Shown in pieces: positions 48,471-57,759 of a stretch of 64,000 nucleotides of DNA. Position numbers and translations under genes: made by a program. The notes below the pieces were generated by a model. The model was given only the letters and a program-made list of their open reading frames with translations. It did no database searches and had not been told where the DNA came from. Source of the stretch: Longimicrobiales bacterium (GTDB lineage Bacteria > Gemmatimonadota > Gemmatimonadetes > Longimicrobiales > Gaopeijiaceae); the NCBI GenBank assembly GCA_965238005.1, contig OZ250165.1:4320001-4384000 (forward strand), read 5' to 3'. Position 1 is the stretch's first letter. The number at the start of each line of letters is the position of its first letter.

Positions 48471-48529
48471 GGGCGCACTCCGGGATCAGACCGAGTCAAC
48501 ATCCCATGGGCACTGGAGGGTGCGCAAGC
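48471..48529 (-). promoter_or_regulatory. Conserved kinase/cyclase leader element, copy 4
   Basis: Minus strand GCTTGCGCACCCTCCAGTGCCCATGGGATGTTGACTCGGTCTGATCCCGGAGTGCGCCC-ATG. Confidence 0.75.
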
Positions 48530-48564
48530 GGCGGTCGAAAGGGCCGAGGGAGAGGCGGCCGGAG

Positions 48565-49017
48565 TCATACAGCGCAAACCGGGTGGACCAACACCGGATC
48601 CACCGCACTCGCTCGACGTGCCGGGACGTAGCACGCCGCGGCCGTAACGAGTACGAGGATCACAGAGAGTCCAGCGATGAGGCTCGGATCCAGCGCGTTC
48701 ATTCCGTAGAGCAGAGCCTCGAGTACACGGACCGAGGCCAGGACACCCACGAGGCCCACGACGACTCCGAGGCCGACGGCCAACCCGCCGCGGACAACCA
48801 GGGCTCGGATGTCTTCCGTCCGCGCACCCAACGCGATCCGGACCCCGATCTCGTGCGTGCGTTGCGCCACGGTGTATGCGACCACTCCATACAAGCCTAC
48901 GAGGGCGAGCAGGAGCCCGATGGCGGCGAAGATACCGCCGATCAGCATGTGGAAGCGGGGACGCGCGAGTGAGTCATAGATCCGACTGTCCAACGTCGAT
49001 ACGTCGATGGTGGTCAC
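48565..49017 (-). pseudogene. ADOP/FtsX-type ABC permease C-terminal fragment
   Basis: GLYGVVAYTVAQRTHEIGVRIALGA...YVPARRASAVDP. Confidence 0.85.
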
Positions 49018-49043
49018 GAGTCCTGGCGGGCCCCGTCAAGTCC

Positions 49044-49088
49044 TCACTCCCCCCTCAACGCCAGCAGCGGATCCACCTTGCCGGCCCG
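49044..49088 (-). pseudogene. Second ADOP permease tail
   Basis: RAGKVDPLLALRGE*. Confidence 0.65.
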
Positions 49089-49106
49089 CCCGAGCGTCGG
49101 TTGGCC

Positions 49107-49431
49107 CTAGGCGCTGAACATCTCTTGGAGGATGGCAAGGACCTTCTTCAAGGTGGTACTGGACAGCCTACCCAATCGGCGGACGAGCCGAGCTCGATCC
49201 ACGGTGCGTAGTTGATCGAGCACGACGTACCCGTCCTTCTTCTTGAATCGGCATGAGATGCGAAACGGGTAGGTGTGTCCTCCTGTCGTCATCGGGGCGA
49301 CCAAAAACCGCTCAGGTGATCGTTGAGTTCGTCCGGAGAGAGAAGGACACACGGGCGTGTCCAGTGTATCTCCCGTCCTGGGGTGGGGCCGAGAGACACG
49401 AGTAGACGTCTCCTCGCCTGGGAGGCGTCAC
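49107..49431 (-). pseudogene. PemK/MazF toxin with two frameshifts
   Basis: PRRGDVY / VSLGPTPGREIHWTRPCVLLSPDELN / LVAPMTT...LDQLRTVDRARL spread over three frames. Confidence 0.85.
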
Positions 49432-49679
49432 TCCCAAGTCCAGTCGGTCTCGTCGAACTCGGTCGTTGTCGGCTCGTCGAGCAGTCCGTCATCTCTCCGC
49501 TCATGAAGCAAGCGGGCCGCCTGGTTCCATCCGGCGTGTGGGCATGAGGTTCGCTCGATGAAGATGCCGGGGTCTACGACCCGCAACTCCACCTCTTCCC
49601 CGAGTCCGGCCTGCTCGATAAGCGGTTTCGGGATGCGGATCCCGCGGGACAAGCGTGCAACATCCGTACGTATACTCAC
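49428..49679 (-). CDS. AbrB/MazE antitoxin (possibly degenerate)
   Basis: SRGIRIPKPLIEQAGL...EFDETDWTWE; overlaps the toxin start. Confidence 0.8.
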   Translation of the reverse strand: MSIRTDVARLSRGIRIPKPLIEQAGLGEEVELRVVDPGIFIERTSCPHAGWNQAARLLHERRDDGLLDEPTTTEFDETDWTWE

Positions 49680-49717
49680 GATAAAAAGATACGTATCCCT
49701 CTCTCAGGGACACGGGC

Positions 49718-50053
49718 CTAGGCCTTCAGGTTGAGGACGGTCTCCACTGCCTTGGCCGACCTCCTCCACCGTGCCGTCTCCGTCTCGAGGCGCCTGAGGC
49801 CGACGGGCGTCAGAGCGTAGAACTTGGCACGGCGGCCGGTGTCATTTCGCCCCCACTCGGCCTCGAGACACCCCTCTTTCTCGAGACGGTGAAGCGCCGG
49901 GTACAGCACGCCCTCCTCAACGCGGAGCACCTCCTCCGTGAGCTCCCAGACCCACCTGCTGATCGCGTATCCGTGAAGCGGGCCCCAGGTCAACGACTTG
50001 AGGATGAGGACGTTGAGCGTGCCAGGAATGAGCTTGTCACGTGGTGCGGCCAT
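49718..50053 (-). CDS. PadR family regulator (ADOP-associated type)
   Basis: PGTLNVLILKSL..GPLHGYAI..EEGVLYPALHRLE..GRRAKFYALT. Confidence 0.92.
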   Translation of the reverse strand: MAAPRDKLIPGTLNVLILKSLTWGPLHGYAISRWVWELTEEVLRVEEGVLYPALHRLEKEGCLEAEWGRNDTGRRAKFYALTPVGLRRLETETARWRRSAKAVETVLNLKA

Positions 50054-50093
50054 GCCCGAGTATACCTATGTTACATATGTAAAGGCAAGTGCG

Positions 50094-50140
50094 GTGAGTG
50101 GACTAGACAGTGAGTGGACTGGACGGTGAGTGGACTGGCG
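50094..50140 (+). repeat. About 3 x 16-bp tandem repeat (GTGAGTGGACTRGACR)
   Basis: Units at 50094, 50110 and 50126; palindrome TTACATATGTAA at 50071-50082 nearby. Confidence 0.8.
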
Positions 50141-50298
50141 AACCGTGCGTTCGCGGGTTTCGCCTTGTTGACCTCTCTGCTCCTCCCCCTCACGTTATCC
50201 CGACCCGTGAAGGGGCTGTTGGCATGGTATCCTTGGCTCGTCTGGAGCCGGTGAGATAGTCACCGACGCGGCTCCCTGACGATCGGACATCCACCGCG

Positions 50299-51210
50299 AT
50301 GGGAGGTCCTGCCGTGTTCGCTCTCCGCAGGGGCGTGGTGCGCGCCCTCGCGTTGCTCGTTCTCGTATGCTGCACGGCCTGTGGCAGCGGCGAGGACGAT
50401 CCTTTCGATCCCCCTTCCGACACCGGAACCGCACCCGACACCGAGACCGACCCGGCGATCCCCCCCGTCACGTCCGGCACCTGGTATCGGCCGCCCGTGA
50501 CCACGACCTGGCAGTGGCAGCTCCAGGGGGACGTGAACATCGGGTACGACGTCGCGCTCTACGAGCTGGATCTGGTCGAGACGCCCGCCTCGGTCGTCGC
50601 AGCCCTGAAGGCCTCCGGACGCCGGCTGCTCTGCTACTTCTCGGCCGGTTCCTGGGAGGACTTCCGGCCTGACGCCGGGCAGTTTCCCTCGTCCGCTCTC
50701 GGCTCGGTGTGTTCGGGGTTTGAGGACGAACGCTGGCTGGACGTGCGTTCCCCGGAGGTCATGACGCTCATGAAGGCTCGCCTGGACCTCGCCGTCCAAC
50801 GCGGCTGTGACGGGGTCGAGGCAGACAATGTGGACGGTTTCGAGAACGCGACGGGATTCCCCCTGACGGCAGCCGACCAACTGGCGTTCAACCGTACGCT
50901 GTACAACGAAGCCCATGGCCGCGGGCTCGCGGTCGCGATGAAGAACGACGTGGGCCAGGTCGCCGATCTCCTCGAGTACGTGGATCTGCACGTGAGCGAG
51001 CGGTGCCACGAGTTAGACGAGTGCGGTCTCCTCGATCCGTTCATCGCCCAGGGCAAGCCCGTGCTCAACGCGGAGTATCTCCAGCAGTACGTGGCGGACG
51101 CAGCGGCACGGGACGCGATGTGCGCCTCGGCGCGGGGACGCGGACTTCGCACGCTCGTCTTACCTGAGGACTTGGACGATGCCTTCCGCTTCAGCTGCGA
51201 TTCCACCTGA
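50299..51210 (+). CDS. GH114 endo-alpha-1,4-polygalactosaminidase-like lipoprotein
   Basis: TWQWQLQG, CYFSAGSWED, GVEADNVDG, AMKND, VLNAEY. Confidence 0.9.
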   Translation: MGGPAVFALRRGVVRALALLVLVCCTACGSGEDDPFDPPSDTGTAPDTETDPAIPPVTSGTWYRPPVTTTWQWQLQGDVNIGYDVALYELDLVETPASVVAALKASGRRLLCYFSAGSWEDFRPDAGQFPSSALGSVCSGFEDERWLDVRSPEVMTLMKARLDLAVQRGCDGVEADNVDGFENATGFPLTAADQLAFNRTLYNEAHGRGLAVAMKNDVGQVADLLEYVDLHVSERCHELDECGLLDPFIAQGKPVLNAEYLQQYVADAAARDAMCASARGRGLRTLVLPEDLDDAFRFSCDST

Positions 51211-51235
51211 AGCGTCGCTTCGCTCCGCAGGGCAG

Positions 51236-51781
51236 CTACCGTCGCCTCTCCAGATCGCCTCGACCCTCGCCTGCGCTTCTGCCACCACGGGCTGCACTTC
51301 CGGATCCGCGTCCGTGAGCGCTTTTCGTATGACGACCGAACGGTGGCAGCTGGCACTCACGCGCGACCTCGTCCACCTCGCCTATACTCGATCTCGAGGG
51401 AGACTCGAGCCAGAGGTCGATGGCGTGATCGGCGTCGGGAACCGTCAGGTCAGGCCGCCGGGAGAGACCCAGCGTCACCTCCAGAACCTCTCCCTCGCCT
51501 CTTTCCTTCAGCTCGAGGTGGACGATCTCATGAGCGAGGTCCCGCCCGCCGATCGTGGGCTGGTTCGCACTTCGTCGAGAGTTTCGGACGCCCACGAGGT
51601 CGCGGCCGTCCTGCTGGTCACCGTAGAACTCGAAACCGAGCTCGACGAATCTTTCCTTCGCGCACGATATGGACTCGAGGTCGCCGTTCGCCCGCGTCGT
51701 GTACGGCACGGGGACATTGAGCCCGCGAGGATAGCAGGCTGTCATCATCGGGACGGCCGTGGCCAGGAGGACCCATCGCAT
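51236..51781 (-). CDS. Hypothetical lipoprotein
   Basis: MRWVLLATAVPMMTAC lipobox-like start. Confidence 0.5.
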   Translation of the reverse strand: MRWVLLATAVPMMTACYPRGLNVPVPYTTRANGDLESISCAKERFVELGFEFYGDQQDGRDLVGVRNSRRSANQPTIGGRDLAHEIVHLELKERGEGEVLEVTLGLSRRPDLTVPDADHAIDLWLESPSRSSIGEVDEVARECQLPPFGRHTKSAHGRGSGSAARGGRSAGEGRGDLERRR

Positions 51782-51881
51782 CGGTAGCTGCTCGCTCGTC
51801 GAGGCGCCGTCTACCGACCCCGCCCTGCCGGCGGATCGTAGAGGTCACCGTATCGCTCTACACGAGGCCGGCGTTGGGGTT

Positions 51882-52568
51882 CTATCGCTCCGGTGTTCGA
51901 GCGATCCAGATGACGTGGCGAGCACCTTTCCCACCGTGCGCCCGAACCCGGACCTCGTCTACCGCGAAACCGGCCTTGCGCAGGCGTTTGCCGAACGCGC
52001 GGTCCGGACCGGCCGACCACACCGCGAGCATGCTCTTTGGCCGGAGTGCCTCGTAGGACGCGTTCAGCCCTGCCCTCGAGTAGAGCCAATCATTGCCCTC
52101 CTGGGTCAATCCGTCCGGGCCGTTGTCGACGTCCAACAAGATGGCGTCGAAGGACCGCGCCTCCGCCGTCAGCATGATGGCGACGTCGACCTCGTGAACG
52201 GTGACCCGTTCATCCCGGAGAGGATGACCGGCGTGCTCCCCGACGGGGCCTCGGTTCCACTCGACCACCGCCGGCACCAACTCGGCCACCAACACCTCGG
52301 CGTCGTGCCCGAGGTGGCGCAGCGCAGAAGCAAGCGTGAATCCCATGCCCAAACCGCCGATCAGCACGCGGGGCCGCTCGCGGCCGGCGACCTCGGTGCA
52401 CGCGATCTCGGCCAGCGCGTCCGCGGACCCGTGGGTTCGAGTGCTCATCAGGTCCTGGCCGCCCACGACCCTGATCAAGAAGTCCTCGCCGTGCTGGTAG
52501 AGACCGAGCTCACCGCCGTCGCCCGGTATCGGTGCAGTATCGAGCAATGTCACGCGGTTTCTCAACAT
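51882..52568 (-). CDS. Spermidine synthase-like SAM-dependent methyltransferase-fold protein
   Basis: VLIGGLGMGFTL, AELVPAVVEWNR, LLDVDNGPDG. Confidence 0.9.
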   Translation of the reverse strand: MLRNRVTLLDTAPIPGDGGELGLYQHGEDFLIRVVGGQDLMSTRTHGSADALAEIACTEVAGRERPRVLIGGLGMGFTLASALRHLGHDAEVLVAELVPAVVEWNRGPVGEHAGHPLRDERVTVHEVDVAIMLTAEARSFDAILLDVDNGPDGLTQEGNDWLYSRAGLNASYEALRPKSMLAVWSAGPDRAFGKRLRKAGFAVDEVRVRAHGGKGARHVIWIARTPER

Positions 52569-52805
52569 GTCACGGGGAGCCCGGCCAACGAGGATGGACG
52601 ACTTCGCTTCACTCCACTGCAGCTACTAAGGTAGTCATGCGAGGCCTGCTGTTGCGAATCGTAGCTCGTATACGCTGCATATTGTAGTTCAAGATTGTTG
52701 TATATTGAAGTGTGATATCGTTGCGAATTGGAGTATAAGAGCGTTATCCTCCTTTATATACCTAACCTGGACGCCCCGGGAATCTTACCAGTCGAGGCAT
52801 CCATA

Positions 52806-54056
52806 ATGGTCTACCATCCCCGCATCGTGGACCGGGAACTGCAACGGCGCCTCGCTTCGATGGGGGCCGTTGTCATCGAAGGTCCGAAGGCGTGCGGGAA
52901 GACAGCTACCGCCCGGCAGGTGTCCAGGAGCGAAGTGTTGCTGGACGTCGACCAGAACGCACGCCGAGCCGCGTCGGTGGATCCTGCCCTCGTGCTGGAC
53001 GGGGAGGTGCCTCGCCTCATTGACGAGTGGCAGATCGAACCGGAGATCTGGAACCACATCCGCCGTGTTGTCGACGACCGGGACGAGCCCGGACAGTTCG
53101 TTCTCACAGGGTCTGCCGTCCCCGCCGACGACGTGATCCGCCATACCGGGGCCGGGCGCTTGACCCGGTTGCGGATGCGGCCGATGAGCCTCTTCGAGAC
53201 CGGCGACGCCACTGGCGAGGTTTCGCTCCGACAGCTTCTTGACGGCGTGCCAGCCCGGGCCGCGGACCCCGGGATGACCGTTGCCACCCTCGTGAACAAG
53301 GCTGCCGTCGGTGGATGGCCTGGCCACCTGGGGCGCGGCGTCGATGAGGGACTCGAAGCGGTGCGCTCCTACTTGGACGAAGTCCGAAGGGTAGACATCG
53401 GCCGGGTCGATCAGACCCAGCGAGACCCACGGAGCGTCGGCCTGCTGCTGGCATCCTTGGGGCGCAATGTAGCCACGTATGTCAGCATATCGACCCTGGC
53501 GGCCGATGCGGGCGGCGCGGACGGGCCACTAGCCCGGACCACGGTGCGGGACTACCTGGCGGCACTGGCGCGGCTCATGATCACCGAGGACCAACCGACA
53601 TGGGCCCCGCACCTGCGCTCGAGATCCAGGCTGAGGAAGGCATCGAAGCGCCATTTCGTGGATCCGTCCCTGGCCGTGGCCGCAATCGGCGCCTCACCGG
53701 ACACCCTGCTGGACGACCTGGACTTGTTCGGCTTCGTCTTCGAGTCCCTCGTCGTCCGTGACCTGAGGGTCTATGCTCAGGCGGCGGACGCCGAGGTCCT
53801 TCAGTACCGGGACAACACGGGACTGGAGGTGGATGCCATCATCCGGGCGAGGGACGGCCGTTGGGCCGCCTTCGAGGTCAAGCTGGGCCACCGGCGGGTG
53901 GACGAAGGAGCAAGGAATCTCTTGAAGTTCCGCGATCGAGTGGACGCACACCGATTGGGCCAGCCCGGGGCACTGGCCGTCATCGTCCCCACCGGGTACA
54001 GCTACGCACGGGACGACGGAGTGGCGGTGCTATCCATGGGGACGCTGGGGCCCTAG
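52806..54056 (+). CDS. AAA ATPase with DUF4143 / PD-(D/E)xK-like C-terminus
   Basis: GPKACGKT, LIDEWQ, VLTGS, KRHFVDPSL, EVDAII...AFEVK. Confidence 0.9.
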   Translation: MVYHPRIVDRELQRRLASMGAVVIEGPKACGKTATARQVSRSEVLLDVDQNARRAASVDPALVLDGEVPRLIDEWQIEPEIWNHIRRVVDDRDEPGQFVLTGSAVPADDVIRHTGAGRLTRLRMRPMSLFETGDATGEVSLRQLLDGVPARAADPGMTVATLVNKAAVGGWPGHLGRGVDEGLEAVRSYLDEVRRVDIGRVDQTQRDPRSVGLLLASLGRNVATYVSISTLAADAGGADGPLARTTVRDYLAALARLMITEDQPTWAPHLRSRSRLRKASKRHFVDPSLAVAAIGASPDTLLDDLDLFGFVFESLVVRDLRVYAQAADAEVLQYRDNTGLEVDAIIRARDGRWAAFEVKLGHRRVDEGARNLLKFRDRVDAHRLGQPGALAVIVPTGYSYARDDGVAVLSMGTLGP

Positions 54057-54296
54057 TCGATTACAACCGCGGTGCACCGCACCAGTCGCCGCGTCATATA
54101 GCTGGAATCAGCCGGACGGGTTAGTCTGCCCGTCCAACCATTTGCAAAGGAAGTGGATCGTGCGGAGAGGATGGATGTGCGGGACCACTAAAACGATCGA
54201 GTACCTAGTGCGCGGTCGTGGAGAGATGACCGTGACGTACTCGGCGCTGAAGGGTGGGACGGTGACGGCGACGTTGCAGGTCCGGTAGGCTGTCGC

Positions 54297-56024
54297 ATGT
54301 TCGGAAGTCCAGTGGGCTGGCGCGTTAGGCTGCTGTTTCCGCTCCTGCTCGGCACGTCCTCGGTCCTGCAGGCCCAGGTCGACGAGGAGCTCGTGCGCGC
54401 CTACCTATGGCCGCACAACACCGCCGAGTTCGAGCGGGCCGAAGCCGTCCTTCGCACCGCCACGTGGACGACGGCAGCGAGCCGCGCAGACATACGCGAC
54501 CTCGCTGAGATCATGCGCTCGGGACCACCGGTTACGCCGGGCCAGACACCGACCCTGGGAGACTCCCTGAACGCAATCATCGTTTCGACCCGTGGCGGCC
54601 GGAGCGTGCCCGTCTGGGTTCGCCTCCCCGGCGACTACACGCCCGATCGCCAGTGGCCGCTGATGTTCGCCATGCACGGTGGACCGCCGGGAAGCGTGGA
54701 AGGCGCCATTGGTAGCGCCCTGCTCATGATCCAGGTGTGGGGCGAGGCAGCCGAGACCGCCGGCTGGATCGTAGCTTCGCCGGCCATGGTCGACGTCGTC
54801 TCACGAGACGGGCGCACGCAGGAACGGTTCCCCTACGAGATCTTCCAGCCTGAGGAAGCGCGGGCGGTCATCGATGCGGTGCGCGCCCGATCCAGCATCA
54901 ACCCGGATCGGATCGTCTCCACTGGGATCTCTCTCGGCTCGAACTTCTCCATCGCATACGCCGCCGCGCACCCGGATTGGTTCTCCGCGATCGTCCCGGT
55001 CTCCACGGAGGGCGAGTCCCGCGAGCACTTGCTGCGCAATGTCGTGCCGGTGCCCGTCTACGTCCTGGAGGGCTCGCAGGATCGCAACATCCGGGGCGTG
55101 GGCGGCCCACGCGCGATGAACGACATCCTCACCGCCTTGGGGAGCGACCTGGTCTATCGTGAGTTCAGCGACCGGGCCCATGAGGGGTTCCGAGAGCACT
55201 ATCCCGCCGTGCTGCAGTGGCTGGACAGCCGCCCTCGCCGGACGGACCCGCAGGAAGTGCTGCGCGTGCCGCATGCCGGGATCACAGGCACGAGCCGGCG
55301 GGTGCACTGGGTCGAATCCCGGGACCGGCGGGGGCTCGTACGCGCGCGTGTCACGAGCCCGACCGAGATCCAGATCACGGCCCGTTGGACCGGCGCGGTC
55401 CGCCTTCACCTCAACGACCGGCTCGTCGATCTGGACCGAGCGATCACGGTCCTCGTGAACGGGCAGAGGGTGTTCGAGGGAAGACTCGAGCGCTCGATCC
55501 TCACGGCGCTCGAAGGAGCGCGTGAGCTGAAGGACGAACGTCGGGTCTATCCGGTCCGGCTGGACGTAGAAGTCCCGCGCACGGCTGCCTCGATCGAGGC
55601 GGGGACCGCGCTCTGGACGGAGCTCGAGCCTACTCACGGCGAGGGTATTCTCTCCTTCTGGGAGATGTACGCCGTGCGAGCGCTCGAGGAACGGTTCGAG
55701 AGCGTGGGGTTCAGCGGGGAGGAGGCACCACTTCCGAGAGGCCTCGAGCCCACCGCGCCCGAACAACTCGCGATCCGGGTCACGGATGTGGACGGTGGGA
55801 GTGGCGCTGCCCAGGCCGGTTTGCGATCCGGGGACGTGCTGGTCGGCTTTGGGGACGAGCCCTTTTTCAGCGGCCGAGGTGGCGTGGCGGGCCTCCATCA
55901 CTGGCTCGTGCGCGAGCTGAGAACGCACGCCCGGGAGTACGAGCTGCTCGTGTGGCGCGAGGGCCGTCCCGTGACGCTCTTGGGCGGATTCGCACTGGGG
56001 CCCTACCGGCCACCCACCAACTGA
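54297..56024 (+). CDS. Secreted alpha/beta-hydrolase (esterase-like) with C-terminal PDZ-like domain
   Basis: WPLMFAMHGG, GISLG nucleophile elbow, AGLRSGDVL. Confidence 0.75.
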   Translation: MFGSPVGWRVRLLFPLLLGTSSVLQAQVDEELVRAYLWPHNTAEFERAEAVLRTATWTTAASRADIRDLAEIMRSGPPVTPGQTPTLGDSLNAIIVSTRGGRSVPVWVRLPGDYTPDRQWPLMFAMHGGPPGSVEGAIGSALLMIQVWGEAAETAGWIVASPAMVDVVSRDGRTQERFPYEIFQPEEARAVIDAVRARSSINPDRIVSTGISLGSNFSIAYAAAHPDWFSAIVPVSTEGESREHLLRNVVPVPVYVLEGSQDRNIRGVGGPRAMNDILTALGSDLVYREFSDRAHEGFREHYPAVLQWLDSRPRRTDPQEVLRVPHAGITGTSRRVHWVESRDRRGLVRARVTSPTEIQITARWTGAVRLHLNDRLVDLDRAITVLVNGQRVFEGRLERSILTALEGARELKDERRVYPVRLDVEVPRTAASIEAGTALWTELEPTHGEGILSFWEMYAVRALEERFESVGFSGEEAPLPRGLEPTAPEQLAIRVTDVDGGSGAAQAGLRSGDVLVGFGDEPFFSGRGGVAGLHHWLVRELRTHAREYELLVWREGRPVTLLGGFALGPYRPPTN

Positions 56025-56246
56025 CGCCACGCTTCATGCGATGCTCCTGGTGGTGGCGGAGACACCGCCCCCCTGAGGCGTTGCGCCGAAAGCGCGGGGC
56101 GGGGTCTATTCCCACCATTGCATCGATCCAGCCACCCATTCGGGGATCCGTCTCCTGGGTGACACCCTCACGGGCTGGGCCACCCAGTGGACCGCCTTCG
56201 GCTTCATCGCAGCAGACGCCGAGCTGGAAAACAACAGGGAACAAAC

Positions 56247-56279
56247 TTGACAGAAGGCTCGTTATGTTGTATATACATC
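56247..56279 (+). promoter_or_regulatory. Sigma70-like promoter overlapped by a putative MarR operator
   Basis: TTGACA(56247)-N17-TATATA; TGTTGTATATACATC at 56265-56279. Confidence 0.7.
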
Positions 56280-56352
56280 TTACAACGACAATAATACTGC
56301 AAATGGGGCACATCCACGCACCAGCTGCCAACGCCGAGAGCGGACGGACGAA

Positions 56353-56811
56353 ATGACCGAAGCAACACGCCGAGCCGAAGAAGCCGTCGCCGACATGGCC
56401 GCGGAGTGCCTCGCGATGCGAACCCGTCTCATCGGCCGCACCGTTACGGGGATCTACGACGAGGCTCTTCGGCCCGTGGGCGTCACGGCCGGCCAACTGA
56501 ACATTCTCGCCGTCGTGGTGCGCCGCGGTCCGGTTTCCCCCGGCGAGGTGGCCCGACGGCTCAACATTGAGAAGTCGACGATGAGCCGTAACGTGGAGCG
56601 TATGAAGCGGAACGGCTGGCTGGCGATTCGTCCCGGCGCGTCGGCCCGCTCTCAGGAGCTCCGAGTCACGGAGTCGGGCCGGCGGATCCTCGTGGAGGCG
56701 GAGCCCCTGTGGCGTGAAGCCCAACGCCGCTCCCGCGAGATCCTCGGGGCCGGCGGGACGGAAGCGATTCACCAGTTGGACGACGCGATTCGGAATCGAA
56801 GCGCTGTGTAG
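56353..56811 (+). CDS. MarR family transcriptional regulator
   Basis: ECLAMRTR...YDEALRPVGVTAGQLNIL...EKSTMSRNV. Confidence 0.92.
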   Translation: MTEATRRAEEAVADMAAECLAMRTRLIGRTVTGIYDEALRPVGVTAGQLNILAVVVRRGPVSPGEVARRLNIEKSTMSRNVERMKRNGWLAIRPGASARSQELRVTESGRRILVEAEPLWREAQRRSREILGAGGTEAIHQLDDAIRNRSAV

Positions 56812-56830
56812 GGAGTTTTTTTCACACAAG

Positions 56831-56845
56831 TGTTGTATATACATC
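56831..56845 (+). promoter_or_regulatory. Second copy of the putative MarR operator
   Basis: Identical 15-mer TGTTGTATATACATC just before RBS GGAGGA. Confidence 0.7.
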
Positions 56846-56862
56846 ACCTAATGGAGGACATC

Positions 56863-57759
56863 ATGTCGAAGTCTCTGATTCTCGTTACCGGAGCGACGGG
56901 CAAGACCGGAAGCGCCGTGGTTCGTCAGCTGTTGGACCGCGGGTATCCAGTGAGGGCGACCGTGAGGAAGCGCGACGAGCGTGCCGACGAGTTGGAGTCG
57001 CTGGGCGCCGAGGTGGTCGTGGCGGACTTCCACGATCTGCGCTCCATGCGGGACGCCCTGGAAGGCGTAGGGCGAGTGTATTTCGTCTATCCCCCGCAGG
57101 GCGGCCGGCTCGTCGAGGCGACCGCGATCGCCGCGACCGCCGCGCAGGATGCCGGAGTCGGGGGATTCGTGAACATGTCCCAGATCTCCGCACGTGAGTA
57201 TTCGGACAGTCCCCTCGCGCGTCATCACTGGCTCTCCGAGAAGATCCTGGACTGGGCCGACGTGGGTGCGATCCACATTCGGCCGACCTTCTTCGCCGAA
57301 ATGCTCCCCATCCTCGGCGCCCAGACCATCGCCGCTCAGGGCAAGCTGTACCTGCCCTACGGCAACGAGCGCCACGCCCCCGTGGCGGCTAACGATATCG
57401 CCCGAGTCGTGGTCGGACTCCTGACAGACCCCGAGCCGCACGTCGGCGAGCGTTACGTCCTCACCGGACCGAAGAACCTGACGGTTGCCGAGATGGCCTC
57501 GGTGCTCAGCGAGGAGTTGGGCACGACGGTGGAGTACGTGGATCTCCCGGTGGACGTGTGGGGAGACGTCATTTCGGGGGTGGACGGGCTGAACGAGTTC
57601 GCCGTGACGCACCTCAAGGCCGTCGCCGTGGACCACCAGAAGGGGATCTTCAGCGGCGAGACGGACGTCGTGGAGCGGATCGGCGGACAGCCCCCGCAGT
57701 CGCTGCCGCAGTTCATTCGCGAGAACATCGACGCCTTTGGAGTGGTGAGCCATGCGTAG
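56863..57759 (+). CDS. NmrA family NAD(P)-binding protein
   Basis: ILVTGATGKTG, MSQISAR, HIRPTFF. Confidence 0.92.
   Translation: MSKSLILVTGATGKTGSAVVRQLLDRGYPVRATVRKRDERADELESLGAEVVVADFHDLRSMRDALEGVGRVYFVYPPQGGRLVEATAIAATAAQDAGVGGFVNMSQISAREYSDSPLARHHWLSEKILDWADVGAIHIRPTFFAEMLPILGAQTIAAQGKLYLPYGNERHAPVAANDIARVVVGLLTDPEPHVGERYVLTGPKNLTVAEMASVLSEELGTTVEYVDLPVDVWGDVISGVDGLNEFAVTHLKAVAVDHQKGIFSGETDVVERIGGQPPQSLPQFIRENIDAFGVVSHA

Noticed and set aside
50094..50140. Possible CRISPR array
   Set aside because: Contiguous 16-bp tandem units with no spacers and no cas genes.
54181..54288. Possible C-terminal gene remnant (TKTIEYLVRGRGEMTVTYSALKGGTV...)
   Set aside because: Looks coding but is too short to assign to a family with confidence.
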